From an uncultured Bacilli bacterium (GTDB taxonomy: Bacteria > Bacillota_I > Bacilli_A > RF39 > UBA660): a stretch of DNA of 64,000 nucleotides. Positions 1 through 9,297 of this stretch are shown here, piece by piece. Where the stretch lies: assembly GCA_934096815.1 (NCBI GenBank), contig CAKOMY010000005.1, positions 46,807-110,806 of the forward strand, read 5' to 3'. The notes under the pieces are model-generated. The model searched no databases, was not told where the DNA came from, and saw only the letters and a program-made list of their open reading frames with translations. The position numbers and the translations under genes are program-made. Position 1 is the first letter of the stretch. Each line of letters opens with the position of its first letter.

Positions 1-437
1 AAAGATGATGCACTAACAATTGAATTACTATTTTTTGATAGTGATGCTTCTAAGAATTCAGTATAATCAAAGTCGTTATCAAAAAAATTTATATCATCAT
101 ATGAAATACTTGTATTAATAGGCTTTAACCAGTACTGTTCTGATAGTGATAGTCCGAAAGATTTATCAAGTAACTCACTGGGAGCAACTATGTTTAATCT
201 ATGTAAAAGAATATCTAATTTATCACGCCATGATGGTATTCCACGTCCTTGAAACCATTTACTTAGATTTAATCTAAAAGAATTATTATTAAAATCTTTT
301 TCATTGTAGAGATTCTTTAAAATATATGGTGCATATAGAATGTTGTAAACTTCATAAATTTTAGTAAATGTACTACTTGCTGAGTCATATTCCGTAAGCA
401 ATATTTCGGTATTTTTATTCATTAAAATACATCTCAT
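1..437 (-). CDS. HipA-like/kinase-family protein, N-terminal part (gene runs off window start); tentative
   Basis: Open minus-strand frame from ATG 435-437 (GTGGGTG SD-like sequence about 9 nt upstream) to the window edge. Translation MRCILMNKNTEILL...WFQGRGIPSWRDKLDILL...SLSEQYWLKP resembles N-termini of Firmicute HipA-like proteins. Absent from the ORF track because no stop lies in the window. Confidence 0.35.
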   Translation of the reverse strand, partial: MRCILMNKNTEILLTEYDSASSTFTKIYEVYNILYAPYILKNLYNEKDFNNNSFRLNLSKWFQGRGIPSWRDKLDILLHRLNIVAPSELLDKSFGLSLSEQYWLKPINTSISYDDINFFDNDFDYTEFLEASLSKNSNSIVSASS

Positions 438-527
438 TATTAAACACCCACTTTCAGTTAAGTTTTATTTGTATAATTATTGTATCAAATTACTTTAACT
501 AAATCTATGGCTTGGTTATTTATTATT

Positions 528-1199
528 TTAATCTAATAATATTTTAACGATACTATTTTCTTTTACAAAAGTATTTCCTTCTGGCATTTGAGATATTACT
601 TTTTCACCACTTCCTGAGTATTCTATTTTAAATCCTTTTAAAGATTTTTTAGCAGTATCTAAATCCATTCCTGTAACATCTGGTAATTTAATATATTTAG
701 TATCTAGCCATGTATATTCTCTAGCTCTATCTGTTTCTACTTTAGGAATATTTTGACTATCAATAATACTTAGCATTATATTTTTAGCAATAGGTGCAGC
801 AACTGTTCCACCATACTGAGTGATACCTTTAGGATTATCAACTGCAACATAGACTACATATTTAGGATTATCAGCTGGTAAGAAGCCAATAAATGAAACA
901 ATATAATTACCAACCATATATTTACCATCTTTAACTTTTTGGGCTGTTCCGGTTTTACCACCTACACGGTAGTTTTCAATGTAAGCATTTTTACCTGTAC
1001 CGTTTTGGACTACACTTTCAAGGGCAAATCTGACTAAGTTACTAGTTTCTTCAGTTACGATATTTTCTCTAACTACTTGTTTTTTATTAAGAACAATTAC
1101 ATTATTTGTTTCAGGTTCACTTATTGATTTAACTATATAAGGTTTATATAATGTTCCACCATTAATAGCGGCTGAGACTCCCGTTACTTGTTGTAACGG
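528..1199 (-). CDS. spoVD: spoVD-like class B PBP, segment 3 of 3 (C-terminal transpeptidase part with KTG box plus single PASTA domain)
   Basis: The frame is open upstream of the listed 528-917 ORF. Hand translation gives PLQQVTGVSAAINGGTLYKPYIVK...YRVGGKTGTAQKVKDGKYMVGNYIVSFIGFLPADNPKYVVYVAVDNPKG..., then one PASTA-like tail (KLPDVTGM...VKILLD). It matches the SpoVD order after TPIQQV. There is no start codon of its own at the junction. Confidence 0.85.
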   Translation of the reverse strand, partial: PLQQVTGVSAAINGGTLYKPYIVKSISEPETNNVIVLNKKQVVRENIVTEETSNLVRFALESVVQNGTGKNAYIENYRVGGKTGTAQKVKDGKYMVGNYIVSFIGFLPADNPKYVVYVAVDNPKGITQYGGTVAAPIAKNIMLSIIDSQNIPKVETDRAREYTWLDTKYIKLPDVTGMDLDTAKKSLKGFKIEYSGSGEKVISQMPEGNTFVKENSIVKILLD

Positions 1200-2823
1200 G
1201 GTCTAATAAATGAAACTTTTTACCTAAATTATTAGAAAGTGTATTTATACTTTCTCCTGTCTTAATAAAAATATCTAATTTAATTTGTTTATCATTTTGT
1301 TTATGAACTATTATTCTATCTATTAGTTCATTAAATACATCACTATAACATTCATCATCCTCTAAACACTTTTCTAATGCATTTTTAAGTTTCTCTGTTT
1401 TATTTTCTATATAATTTTTATCTTTCTTATTGTTTTTTAATTCATTTATTTTTGTTTGATAAATAGTTAAATTTTCATTTATTAAATCTATTTGTTTCTT
1501 ATAATCATCTTTAGATAAGTATTCTTCCATAACAAGTTCTAGTAATTTATCTTTTTTATTATTTAAAACTAATACTTTAGATTCTAAATTTTTTATTTCT
1601 ATTTCATTATTATTTGTTTCTAAATAATTTTTAGATTCACTTAATATTTCATCAAAGATATTATTTCTTCTTTTAAATAATTTATTAAACATATCTTTAA
1701 ATACTTCATCAAGTTCAAGTTCAAATACTCTAGGATTTGAACACCCTTTTAAACTTTCTTTCCGATATACTTGACATTCCCATACAGGATTGTTTTTTCT
1801 TTTTCCCGCACTTGATCTATGATAAGTTAAATTATGGCAACCACAATATATTTTTCCTGAATATGTATATCTATTTTGAAATACTGCTTTATTAACTGCA
1901 CGATTTGTAAAACTATCTTGTCGTTGCTTTAGTTTAATATTAGTTCGTTCCCATAGTTCTTCAGATACTATTGGTGGAACATTATCATAATCTTTATATG
2001 TTATCCAATCAGATTCATTTAATATTTTCTTTTGTTTTGTACGATAATCTAATACCTTTGATTTATGTCCACAATAATATCCTTTATATTTAGGATTTTC
2101 TATAATTCTTGTAAGGATTGTAGTATCTATTCGTTTACCAGTTTTGCTCTTATATCCTAAACTATATAAATATCTTGATACTTTAGATAATCCATCAGTA
2201 GTATTAGCATATCTATCAAATATTATCTTAATCATTTCTGCTTGTTCTTCATCGATTACTAATTTTCCTTTATCTTTTACATAACCATAAATATTAGAAC
2301 ATCCTAACACTACACCATTATCAATACTTCTCTTCATCCCAAATGAAACTCTTTCAGAAAGTCTTCTTACTTCATCTTGAGCAATTGAAGACATCATTGT
2401 AAGTCTAAGTTCAGAATCAGGTAATATCGTATTAATATTATCATTTAGAAAATATACACCAACACCATTAGATAAAAGTTCTTGTGTATACATAATACTA
2501 TCTAATGTACTTCTTGAAAATCTTGATATTTCTTTAGTTAAGATTAAATCAAACTTATGCCTTTTAGCATCTTCTATCATTCTTAAAAATTCTTCACGTT
2601 TTTTAACTTGTGTACCTGATATTCCTTCATCAATATATGAACCTATAAATTTCCAGTTAGGAACTTTACTAATATAATCATTAAAGAAAGATATTTGACT
2701 TTGTAAAGAATGTAACTGTTCGTCTTTATCAGTCGATACTCTTGCATAAAAACATACTCTTAAATTTAATTCTTGTAGTGGAACACCTTTCATAATATTA
2801 TTCCTAACTGTATATAAGTCCAT
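1162..2823 (-). CDS. Large serine recombinase (resolvase/invertase N-domain + recombinase domain + zinc ribbon + coiled coil)
   Basis: Contains YARVSTDKDEQLHSLQSQ (catalytic Ser motif), LTKEISRFSRS, and Cys-rich CGCHN...WECQ...CSNP. Length is about 553 aa. GGAGG lies 7 nt before ATG 2823. The last ~12 codons and the stop lie beyond the att junction, in spoVD-derived DNA. Confidence 0.9.
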   Translation of the reverse strand: MDLYTVRNNIMKGVPLQELNLRVCFYARVSTDKDEQLHSLQSQISFFNDYISKVPNWKFIGSYIDEGISGTQVKKREEFLRMIEDAKRHKFDLILTKEISRFSRSTLDSIMYTQELLSNGVGVYFLNDNINTILPDSELRLTMMSSIAQDEVRRLSERVSFGMKRSIDNGVVLGCSNIYGYVKDKGKLVIDEEQAEMIKIIFDRYANTTDGLSKVSRYLYSLGYKSKTGKRIDTTILTRIIENPKYKGYYCGHKSKVLDYRTKQKKILNESDWITYKDYDNVPPIVSEELWERTNIKLKQRQDSFTNRAVNKAVFQNRYTYSGKIYCGCHNLTYHRSSAGKRKNNPVWECQVYRKESLKGCSNPRVFELELDEVFKDMFNKLFKRRNNIFDEILSESKNYLETNNNEIEIKNLESKVLVLNNKKDKLLELVMEEYLSKDDYKKQIDLINENLTIYQTKINELKNNKKDKNYIENKTEKLKNALEKCLEDDECYSDVFNELIDRIIVHKQNDKQIKLDIFIKTGESINTLSNNLGKKFHLLDPVTTSNGSLSRY

Positions 2824-2834
2824 AATCACACCTC

Positions 2835-3041
2835 CTAAGTTAATAGTTTATAATTGTTTAAATCATTTATATATTTATCATCTTGTTTTTGCTTTTCAAA
2901 TTCTATTTTATGTAACAATTTATTAATACAAAAATTATACATTCCATCATCAATAGTATTATTTCTTTTTAAATATTCAAGTAATTTAATACTTGTTTCT
3001 ATTTCAATAATTTTTGATGGAACTTTATTTTTATTTTCCAT
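2835..3041 (-). CDS. Small protein directly upstream of and co-oriented with LSR A (possible recombination directionality factor or regulator)
   Basis: 68-aa ORF with a 6-11 nt gap to the LSR gene and an AAGAAAGGA SD. No family recognised. The functional call rests on position only. Confidence 0.3.
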   Translation of the reverse strand: MENKNKVPSKIIEIETSIKLLEYLKRNNTIDDGMYNFCINKLLHKIEFEKQKQDDKYINDLNNYKLLT

Positions 3042-3080
3042 ATACTTTGTCCTTTCTTTTAAGTTTATTTTTATAAAAAC

Positions 3081-3107
3081 TTAAAAAGAACTTAAGGTAT
3101 TAAGTTC
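3081..3107 (-). terminator. Putative intrinsic terminator after the 3209-3643 gene
   Basis: GAACTTAAGGTATTAAGTTC (3088-3107) has 8-bp arms (GAACTTAA/TTAAGTTC) around a 4-nt GGTA loop. On the minus strand it is followed by a T-run (plus-strand AAAAA at 3083-3087). Confidence 0.45.
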
Positions 3108-3208
3108 TACAAAAAATTTGAAAACTTAAATACCACAAAGGACAAAATTAGACTAAATCATCATTTGAAATAAATTAAGTTTTCAAATAACAATTTAGTT
3201 TTTTATTA

Positions 3209-3643
3209 TTAATATTTTATAATTTTTCTAGCTATTTCATATCCATCAATACTATCAGGTAATAATTCATCATGTTCTAGTACTAAGAATAATTCTGCAT
3301 GTGTATCTTTCTTTTCTTTAAATGGTAATTTTTCAAACACTGGTATTAATTCTTTATATTCTTTTGGATAAAGACGATAAAGATTAAAAGTATAGTTACA
3401 ATACTCATTAATCTCAATTACTAAATAACGATAATCAATACTACTCGGATTAAATATTTCTATATCTATACCATCATCAAGTAAATTATGATTAACCTCA
3501 CTTAAACTATTAATTTGATCTCTATCCCATAAGTTAAAAACATAGCTAATAAATTTTAGTTTATCATCTCTATCAAGTTCATTTATTTTTATAACTAATT
3601 CTTTTACTTTATTACTTGTATTTTTTAAATACATATCAAACAC
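3209..3643 (-). CDS. Hypothetical protein (144 aa)
   Basis: Clean ORF with no recognisable motif. Confidence 0.45.
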   Translation of the reverse strand: MFDMYLKNTSNKVKELVIKINELDRDDKLKFISYVFNLWDRDQINSLSEVNHNLLDDGIDIEIFNPSSIDYRYLVIEINEYCNYTFNLYRLYPKEYKELIPVFEKLPFKEKKDTHAELFLVLEHDELLPDSIDGYEIARKIIKY

Positions 3644-3886
3644 ACTCCTTCATCTTCAATTTAAGCCATTTTAAGAAACTTTATTTTTTACATTAATAAC
3701 CGATTAAGATTAATATCAAAGTCTCTTATTTCTTAAATTAGATATCAATAAATTAAAATTTATTTTTAACATTTATCACTTAAAAAAAATAATTTTGCAA
3801 GAGTTTTTTATAAAAAAAATTTAATTTTTGGTTTTATCTATTTTATCTTTGTTTTACTTTATTAATCTTTAAGTTATTAATACTAT

Positions 3887-4216
3887 CTAATTATCTATAT
3901 ATGGTTGTTCAGTGTGTACTTTTTGGGTATATTGTTTTTCATAAACAATATAGTTATATAAAAATTTTCCATCTCTAGAATGTCCTTTTTCAATAATTAA
4001 ATATCTATTTTCTTCTAATTCTTTTAGTGCATTAGTAATAGCTAACTTACTTTCTTTACATAAAAGTCTTAAACCATTAATATTAAAATTCCATACATCT
4101 GGTAAAGATAACATTAAAGTTAATAATCCTTTTGCCTTTAAAGATATATTTTTATCTTCTAAATAAGTGTTATCAATCTTCGTATAATTAGTAAGTTTTT
4201 CTGTTCTTATTACCAT
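3887..4216 (-). CDS. Winged-helix DNA-binding protein (replication-initiator/DnaD-like N-terminal HTH type)
   Basis: YTKIDNTYLEDKNISLKAKGLLTLMLSLPDVWNFNINGL...ITNALKELEENRYLI resembles HTH_36/Rep-N type wHTH proteins of plasmids and phages. Confidence 0.55.
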   Translation of the reverse strand: MVIRTEKLTNYTKIDNTYLEDKNISLKAKGLLTLMLSLPDVWNFNINGLRLLCKESKLAITNALKELEENRYLIIEKGHSRDGKFLYNYIVYEKQYTQKVHTEQPYIDN

Positions 4217-4404
4217 AATATTTTTCCTCCTTCCATTTTAAATTCATAATCTTTTTCATATCTTTCTATATAAGATCTATAACCTAGTTCTAATAAATAG
4301 ATAAACATTTTATTCATACTAAAATTATTTTTAATAGATAAAAGCCTAATTCTAGTTTTTAAATTATCATCTAATCTTAATGTGGTTCTTTCAGTACATC
4401 TCAT
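4210..4404 (-). CDS. Ribbon-helix-helix (CopG/Arc-like) DNA-binding protein
   Basis: MRCTERTTLRLDDNLKTRIRLLSIKNNFSMNKMFIYLLELGY shows an RHH beta-strand plus two-helix pattern. The start was taken at the internal Met (4404) rather than the ORF-track start at 4518. Confidence 0.55.
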   Translation of the reverse strand: MRCTERTTLRLDDNLKTRIRLLSIKNNFSMNKMFIYLLELGYRSYIERYEKDYEFKMEGGKILW

Positions 4405-4510
4405 AAAAATTTTCCTTCCTTTCTTAAAATTATGAGTAGCCAATTTTACTATTTTTAAGCTATTTTTTAAGTAAAAAATACTGCATATTTTTAATGGGCA
4501 TAAGGAAAGC

Positions 4511-4680
4511 GACACCACAAATCTATTTATCTTTTTTAAAGCAAAGATAAAATAGTGGTGTCTTACTATTTTTGCACTTGCAAGAATGACTACTTTTACA
4601 AGAGAAAGTGACTACTCATAATTTTATTTACCTTAATTTCAACAAAAAAAGTGGCTACTAATTTAATGAATAGTGACCAC
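4511..4680. promoter_or_regulatory. Iteron-like direct repeats plus long imperfect hairpin upstream of the RHH/wHTH genes
   Basis: Hairpin GACACCAC (4511-4518) with GTGGTGTC (4556-4563) and inner complementary arms. Direct repeats AATGACTAC (4585), AGTGACTAC (4607), AGTGGCTAC (4649) and AGTGACCAC (4672). Confidence 0.45.
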
Positions 4681-4898
4681 CATATAGAAAATCATTAAAA
4701 ATATGTGCTTCCTTTAGTTTTAAACTTATATTATCACCTCCTAACAAAAAAGAGAAAAGCAAAAGTTTCTCTCTCCATATTTTTTCATATTTTACTATAT
4801 TATACCACTTGACAAATCACGGTCAAGTTTATTTCATGACTAATTTATGTCGTTTTATGTATATTTTATGTTGTTTATAATTTTTAACTATTTTACTA

Positions 4899-5189
4899 TT
4901 AATTTAGATCAGTATCATCAATTTTATCTGACTCATTTTTCATTGTTAATAGAATACTATTAATTTCTATTTTTATTTTATTATATTCATCATTATCAAT
5001 GATATCTTTTACTAAATACTCAGGATCTTCTAAAATATACTCATTAATATAAATTTGTAATTCATTATTTGAGTTATAAATATTATCGGTATATGCCACG
5101 TAATCTTTATTAAATTCATCACTATGATAAGTTAAAATAGCATCATATTCTTTTAGATTACCATCTTTATCAATTGCATTTATTTTCAT
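4899..5189 (-). CDS. DUF1292-like small acidic protein
   Basis: IDKDGNLKEYDAILTYHSDEFNKDYVAYTDN...ELQIYINEY...EDPEYLVKDIIDNDEYNKI follows the DUF1292 pattern. Its start overlaps the stop of the upstream gene. Confidence 0.5.
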   Translation of the reverse strand: MKINAIDKDGNLKEYDAILTYHSDEFNKDYVAYTDNIYNSNNELQIYINEYILEDPEYLVKDIIDNDEYNKIKIEINSILLTMKNESDKIDDTDLN

Positions 5190-6181
5190 TATTTTCCTCT
5201 TCCTTTCACAAAATCTACACTTTCTATTTCTTCATTTTGTTTTAATATAACGCCGCCTCTTTTAACAATAGTATCATCCATTGCTTTGGCTTCATCAAAA
5301 GAATTAACATTAGATAAATCTAATCGTTCACCAACATTTGTGCATATTGTATAAAATTTTCCACCTTTATTTTTAAAATTAGGAATAACGTATATATTAA
5401 CCTTTCTTGTTGGTTCTTCTTTAGAAATTCTTACTTTAATATCTTTATCTAGATTAGGCAATATATTCTTATATCTAGCATACCAAGTAAACATATCAGT
5501 ACCATCAGAAAATCTACTTTCTTGTAGAAAAGGAATATATCCCAAGTTAGAAACTGTATCTAACAATTCTTTAATTCTATCATCAATTGATAAAGCATTT
5601 TTATTGTATGTTTGTAAATGAAGCAATAATTTTTCAACAAACTCAGGATCAAAAGATTCTAATTTATCATAAATAGTTCTGACATCAATTCCATCTTGAA
5701 TAATTACTTCCCCATGATTAGGAATTCTTTTTAACTTTTTAATTATATTAATAAACTCTACTTTTACAAATGACCAAATAGAAGCTAAATCTAGTTCTTG
5801 ATATTCTTTTAAACTATTATGAATAATTGTTTCAAAATTTCTATTTTTTCCTTTATAATTCATATACCATGAATGCATTTCATCATTATCACTAAAATAT
5901 GATTCTCCATATAATGGTATTTGCTTCCTTTTATTAATATAATCAATAAATTCCTGTTCTTTTTCTTCATTAGAGAGTATTTTTAAATCAAAATTACTTA
6001 ATATCTCGTTTATTTCAGTAAAGAAACTCTTATATTTTTCAATCTTAGATATTTTATTAAACCACAACCTCATATCTTCGTTATCACTAAATCTTACTTC
6101 CCATATTCTAGGCATTTTGTGTTCTTTAGTAACAAACTCCTTAAATTCTATTTTGCTTTTTTCAAATAATTCTTTAGACAA
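5189..6181 (-). CDS. Protein made of helicase-associated (HA)-like repeats
   Basis: Four repeats of the type hP..GE.(R/Y)FSD(N/G).DM..W(F/Y): MPRIWEVRFSDNEDMRLWFNK; IPLYGESYFSDNDEMHSWYMNYK; IPNHGEVIIQDGIDVRTIY; IPFLQESRFSDGTDMFTWYARYK. Confidence 0.5.
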   Translation of the reverse strand: MSKELFEKSKIEFKEFVTKEHKMPRIWEVRFSDNEDMRLWFNKISKIEKYKSFFTEINEILSNFDLKILSNEEKEQEFIDYINKRKQIPLYGESYFSDNDEMHSWYMNYKGKNRNFETIIHNSLKEYQELDLASIWSFVKVEFINIIKKLKRIPNHGEVIIQDGIDVRTIYDKLESFDPEFVEKLLLHLQTYNKNALSIDDRIKELLDTVSNLGYIPFLQESRFSDGTDMFTWYARYKNILPNLDKDIKVRISKEEPTRKVNIYVIPNFKNKGGKFYTICTNVGERLDLSNVNSFDEAKAMDDTIVKRGGVILKQNEEIESVDFVKGRGK

Positions 6182-6195
6182 ATTATATACCTCCT

Positions 6196-6408
6196 TTACT
6201 TTCCAAGAAGTCTTTTAAGCTTTATATTTTCTTCTTCTAAAGCTTTAACTTCTTGTGATAATTTAGAAATCTCTCCTCTATATAACTTATTTAAATCTTC
6301 AAGTTCTTCAAGAGGTAATTCATCTAAATTTATAGTTTTATTATCTAAATTCTTTTTATTATTAATCATAGTTTTATATTCTTCTAATTCAACTATTTTA
6401 TCATTCAT
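6196..6408 (-). CDS. Small coiled-coil protein (70 aa)
   Basis: Heptad-rich charged sequence ending EVKALEEENIKLKRLLGK. It sits tightly between the two HA-repeat genes. Confidence 0.4.
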   Translation of the reverse strand: MNDKIVELEEYKTMINNKKNLDNKTINLDELPLEELEDLNKLYRGEISKLSQEVKALEEENIKLKRLLGK

Positions 6409-6409
6409 A

Positions 6410-9286
6410 TTACATAGCCCTCCTATAAGAAGAATTTAATTCTTCAGTTAATTCTTGGTTTTCAATACTTAATTGTTGTTTTCTTAATAATAATGAATCT
6501 CTTAATTCTATTAATGATTTAACATCTTTTTTAGTCTTATCTAATGTATCAATATATTCATCTATAGTTTTAAACTCAGGTTGTTTTTTCTTTAATCTTT
6601 GAATATTTAAATATTCCATTATTCTTTGTTTTGCTATATCATATTTTTTACTAGCATAATTTTCTGAATAAAACAACAAAGGAATTATTTTTCTATCTTT
6701 ATTGTTTGCCCAAAATGAACCTATTTCTCCGTATTCTTTATCTAAAGCAAAATTTCCATTTTCATCTTGTTTATATGTTTTAAATCTTTGATTAGAATGT
6801 GCTTTAAATATTTGATCAGTTCTTTCATTTTCTATATTTATCATATTAATAAATATTTCTAATCTTCTTTTTTTACCTTCATCACTTTGTTGTCCATTAT
6901 ATGTATTCATATAATAATCATCCATTTTATTTTTTAATATTTCATTTTTTTCTATTAGTGGAATTATTTCCATTTTATTTTTGGCCCAAAATGATCCTAT
7001 TTCTCCATACTCCTTATCCAAAATTATATTTCCATTTCTATCATATCTAAATGTTTTGAATTTTTCTTTTGATTGACACTCTAAATATGATGAAAGAACC
7101 TGCTCGTTATCTTGATATTTTAACATATCAATAAATATTTCTATTCGTCTTTTATGACCATCATCGCTTTTTTGCCCACTATATGTATTCATATAATAAT
7201 CATCCATTTTATTTTTTAATATTTCATTTTTTTCTATTAGTGGAATTATTTCCATTTTATTTTTGGCCCAAAATGATCCTATTTCTCCATACTCCTTATC
7301 CAAAATTATATTTCCATTTCTATCATATCTAAATGTTTTGAATTTTTCACTTGATTTACTAGTTAGATAGTTAGCATATTCTTCCAAATTATTTATTTTA
7401 TTTAGCATATCAATAAATACTTCTATTCGTCTTTTATGACCATCCACGCTTTTTTGTCCACTTAATGTATTCATATAATAAAAATCCATCTTATCCCTTA
7501 ATATAATATTTTTTTTTATTAATGGAATTATTTCATTCTTATTACTTGCCCAAAATGATCCTATTTTTCCATATTCTTTATCAATAGAAATACCTTCTTT
7601 CCCACTTTTATATGTTCTAAAATTCAAATTTGAGCCTTGTTTTAATAAATTACTAATTTCTTCTTCGTTTCTTGAATATAAAAGCATATCAGTAAATATT
7701 TCTATTCGTCTTTTATGACCATCCATGCTTTTTTGTCCACTTAATGTATTCATATAATAATCATCTAATTTATTTTTTAATGTTTCATCATTTTTTATTA
7801 TGAATTGAATTTTTTCCTTATTTCTTGTCCAAAATGATCCTATCTTACCATAATTTTTTTGGACATTAATATTGTTAAACTTTATATATGTTTGGAAATT
7901 TGCATTAGAATCACCTTTTAAAAGTTCTGATATTTCTTTTTCAGTGCTAGCCATTCTTAACATATTTACAAAAATTGTTAATCTTCTTTCATTTCCTTCT
8001 TTACTTTTTTGTCCACTTAGAGTATTCATGTAATAATCGTCTAATTTAGATAATAGTGCAAAATCATTTTTAAATGATGTATTTATAATATTTAATATTT
8101 CTTTTTTATTTTTTCTATAAAACGCACCGATTTGACCATACTTCTTGCTTTCAACCCATTCTCCAAATTCATTTTGTTTATATATCGTAAAGTGAATTGT
8201 TGATTTATCTTTAAAAAGTTCTGATAATTCTTTAAGATCTTTTACCCTTTTTATCATTTCAATAAAAATTAATATTTTAGTATTGTGACTTATATTTATG
8301 TTATCAACAAACTTTTGTTTTAAATCTTCATTTATGTTATAAATATCACAATATAATAGGTTACTTTCTTCTATATCTTGGATATTTTCAAAATAATCAT
8401 TTATATTTTTATAGGATTTCATTAATATAGACTTAATATTATTTATTCTTTCTCTTATTTCACTTTCATAATCTTTGTCTTTTAATGATTTTAATAATTT
8501 ATTCATATCAATCTTCAAAGAATATGATAAATAACGTTTTGAATTTTCTCCTAATGCTTCTTTAAATACTGTTTGTACAGCATTAATTACTTTTTCAAGT
8601 TCATCAATATTGCCAAATGTATTTTGTTCTTTTAAATTATTTAATTGGGAATTATATTTTGATATATCTCTATTTTTAGATAATTCATTTATTAAATCAT
8701 TAATTAATTGATAATAGGTTATAGTTTGCTGAATATTTGTATTGGTTTTGTTACTCGTTCTATCTTTTAAATCTATTGATAAATCATCATTCTCTATATA
8801 ATCATCACTATTTAATGGATTATCATAATCATACAATTCTTCTTCAGTGGGTTCTTTAAAAGCTAGAGTATATCCTTCTAACATATATTTAATTAATCTT
8901 TCTAATCTATCATAATTAAAATAATTTTGTTCTTGCCACCATACTAAAAGATTAGCCTCATCACTTTTTGATAAATTTACTTTATTTAAAATAGGAATGC
9001 AATTAAATAATACAGTCCCACCATTACTTGATACTGGTAATATGTGTTCTAAATGAGCAGTAGATAAATCACTTATTATTTCACCACTATAAGGACATCT
9101 ATATGCAACAATATCTTCTTTATTTTCAGTATAATTTCCATTGGAATCAACTCCAAAATATTTAAGAGCAAGAGCATTCATTTGCCTTCTATATAATTCT
9201 GATACTAATCCTCTATCAGCAGTTCTTCTTAAATTTCCATCAACTTGACTATAGCTAATTAAATTTTCTACTAAATATTCATACAT
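6410..9286 (-). CDS. HNH endonuclease fused to six tandem ~94-aa HA-like repeats (958 aa)
   Basis: The N-terminus has YRCPYSGEII...AHLEHILPVSSNGGTVLFNCIPILNKVNLSKSD (HNH-type H..H...N....N, around 9035-9058). Six repeats follow, of the form RR.EIF.DML...F(K/R)T(Y/F)...KEYG.IGSFW..NK..I....N..L..K.D.YYMNT.SGQKS. Confidence 0.75.
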   Translation of the reverse strand: MYEYLVENLISYSQVDGNLRRTADRGLVSELYRRQMNALALKYFGVDSNGNYTENKEDIVAYRCPYSGEIISDLSTAHLEHILPVSSNGGTVLFNCIPILNKVNLSKSDEANLLVWWQEQNYFNYDRLERLIKYMLEGYTLAFKEPTEEELYDYDNPLNSDDYIENDDLSIDLKDRTSNKTNTNIQQTITYYQLINDLINELSKNRDISKYNSQLNNLKEQNTFGNIDELEKVINAVQTVFKEALGENSKRYLSYSLKIDMNKLLKSLKDKDYESEIRERINNIKSILMKSYKNINDYFENIQDIEESNLLYCDIYNINEDLKQKFVDNINISHNTKILIFIEMIKRVKDLKELSELFKDKSTIHFTIYKQNEFGEWVESKKYGQIGAFYRKNKKEILNIINTSFKNDFALLSKLDDYYMNTLSGQKSKEGNERRLTIFVNMLRMASTEKEISELLKGDSNANFQTYIKFNNINVQKNYGKIGSFWTRNKEKIQFIIKNDETLKNKLDDYYMNTLSGQKSMDGHKRRIEIFTDMLLYSRNEEEISNLLKQGSNLNFRTYKSGKEGISIDKEYGKIGSFWASNKNEIIPLIKKNIILRDKMDFYYMNTLSGQKSVDGHKRRIEVFIDMLNKINNLEEYANYLTSKSSEKFKTFRYDRNGNIILDKEYGEIGSFWAKNKMEIIPLIEKNEILKNKMDDYYMNTYSGQKSDDGHKRRIEIFIDMLKYQDNEQVLSSYLECQSKEKFKTFRYDRNGNIILDKEYGEIGSFWAKNKMEIIPLIEKNEILKNKMDDYYMNTYNGQQSDEGKKRRLEIFINMINIENERTDQIFKAHSNQRFKTYKQDENGNFALDKEYGEIGSFWANNKDRKIIPLLFYSENYASKKYDIAKQRIMEYLNIQRLKKKQPEFKTIDEYIDTLDKTKKDVKSLIELRDSLLLRKQQLSIENQELTEELNSSYRRAM
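6665..8290 (-). repeat. Intragenic tandem repeat array (six units, about 282-bp period) inside the HNH gene
   Basis: Protein-level repeats are listed above. At DNA level, 6901-7066 and 7183-7348 are an exact 166-bp direct repeat offset by 282 bp. Confidence 0.85.
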
Positions 9287-9297
9287 ATTAACACCAC

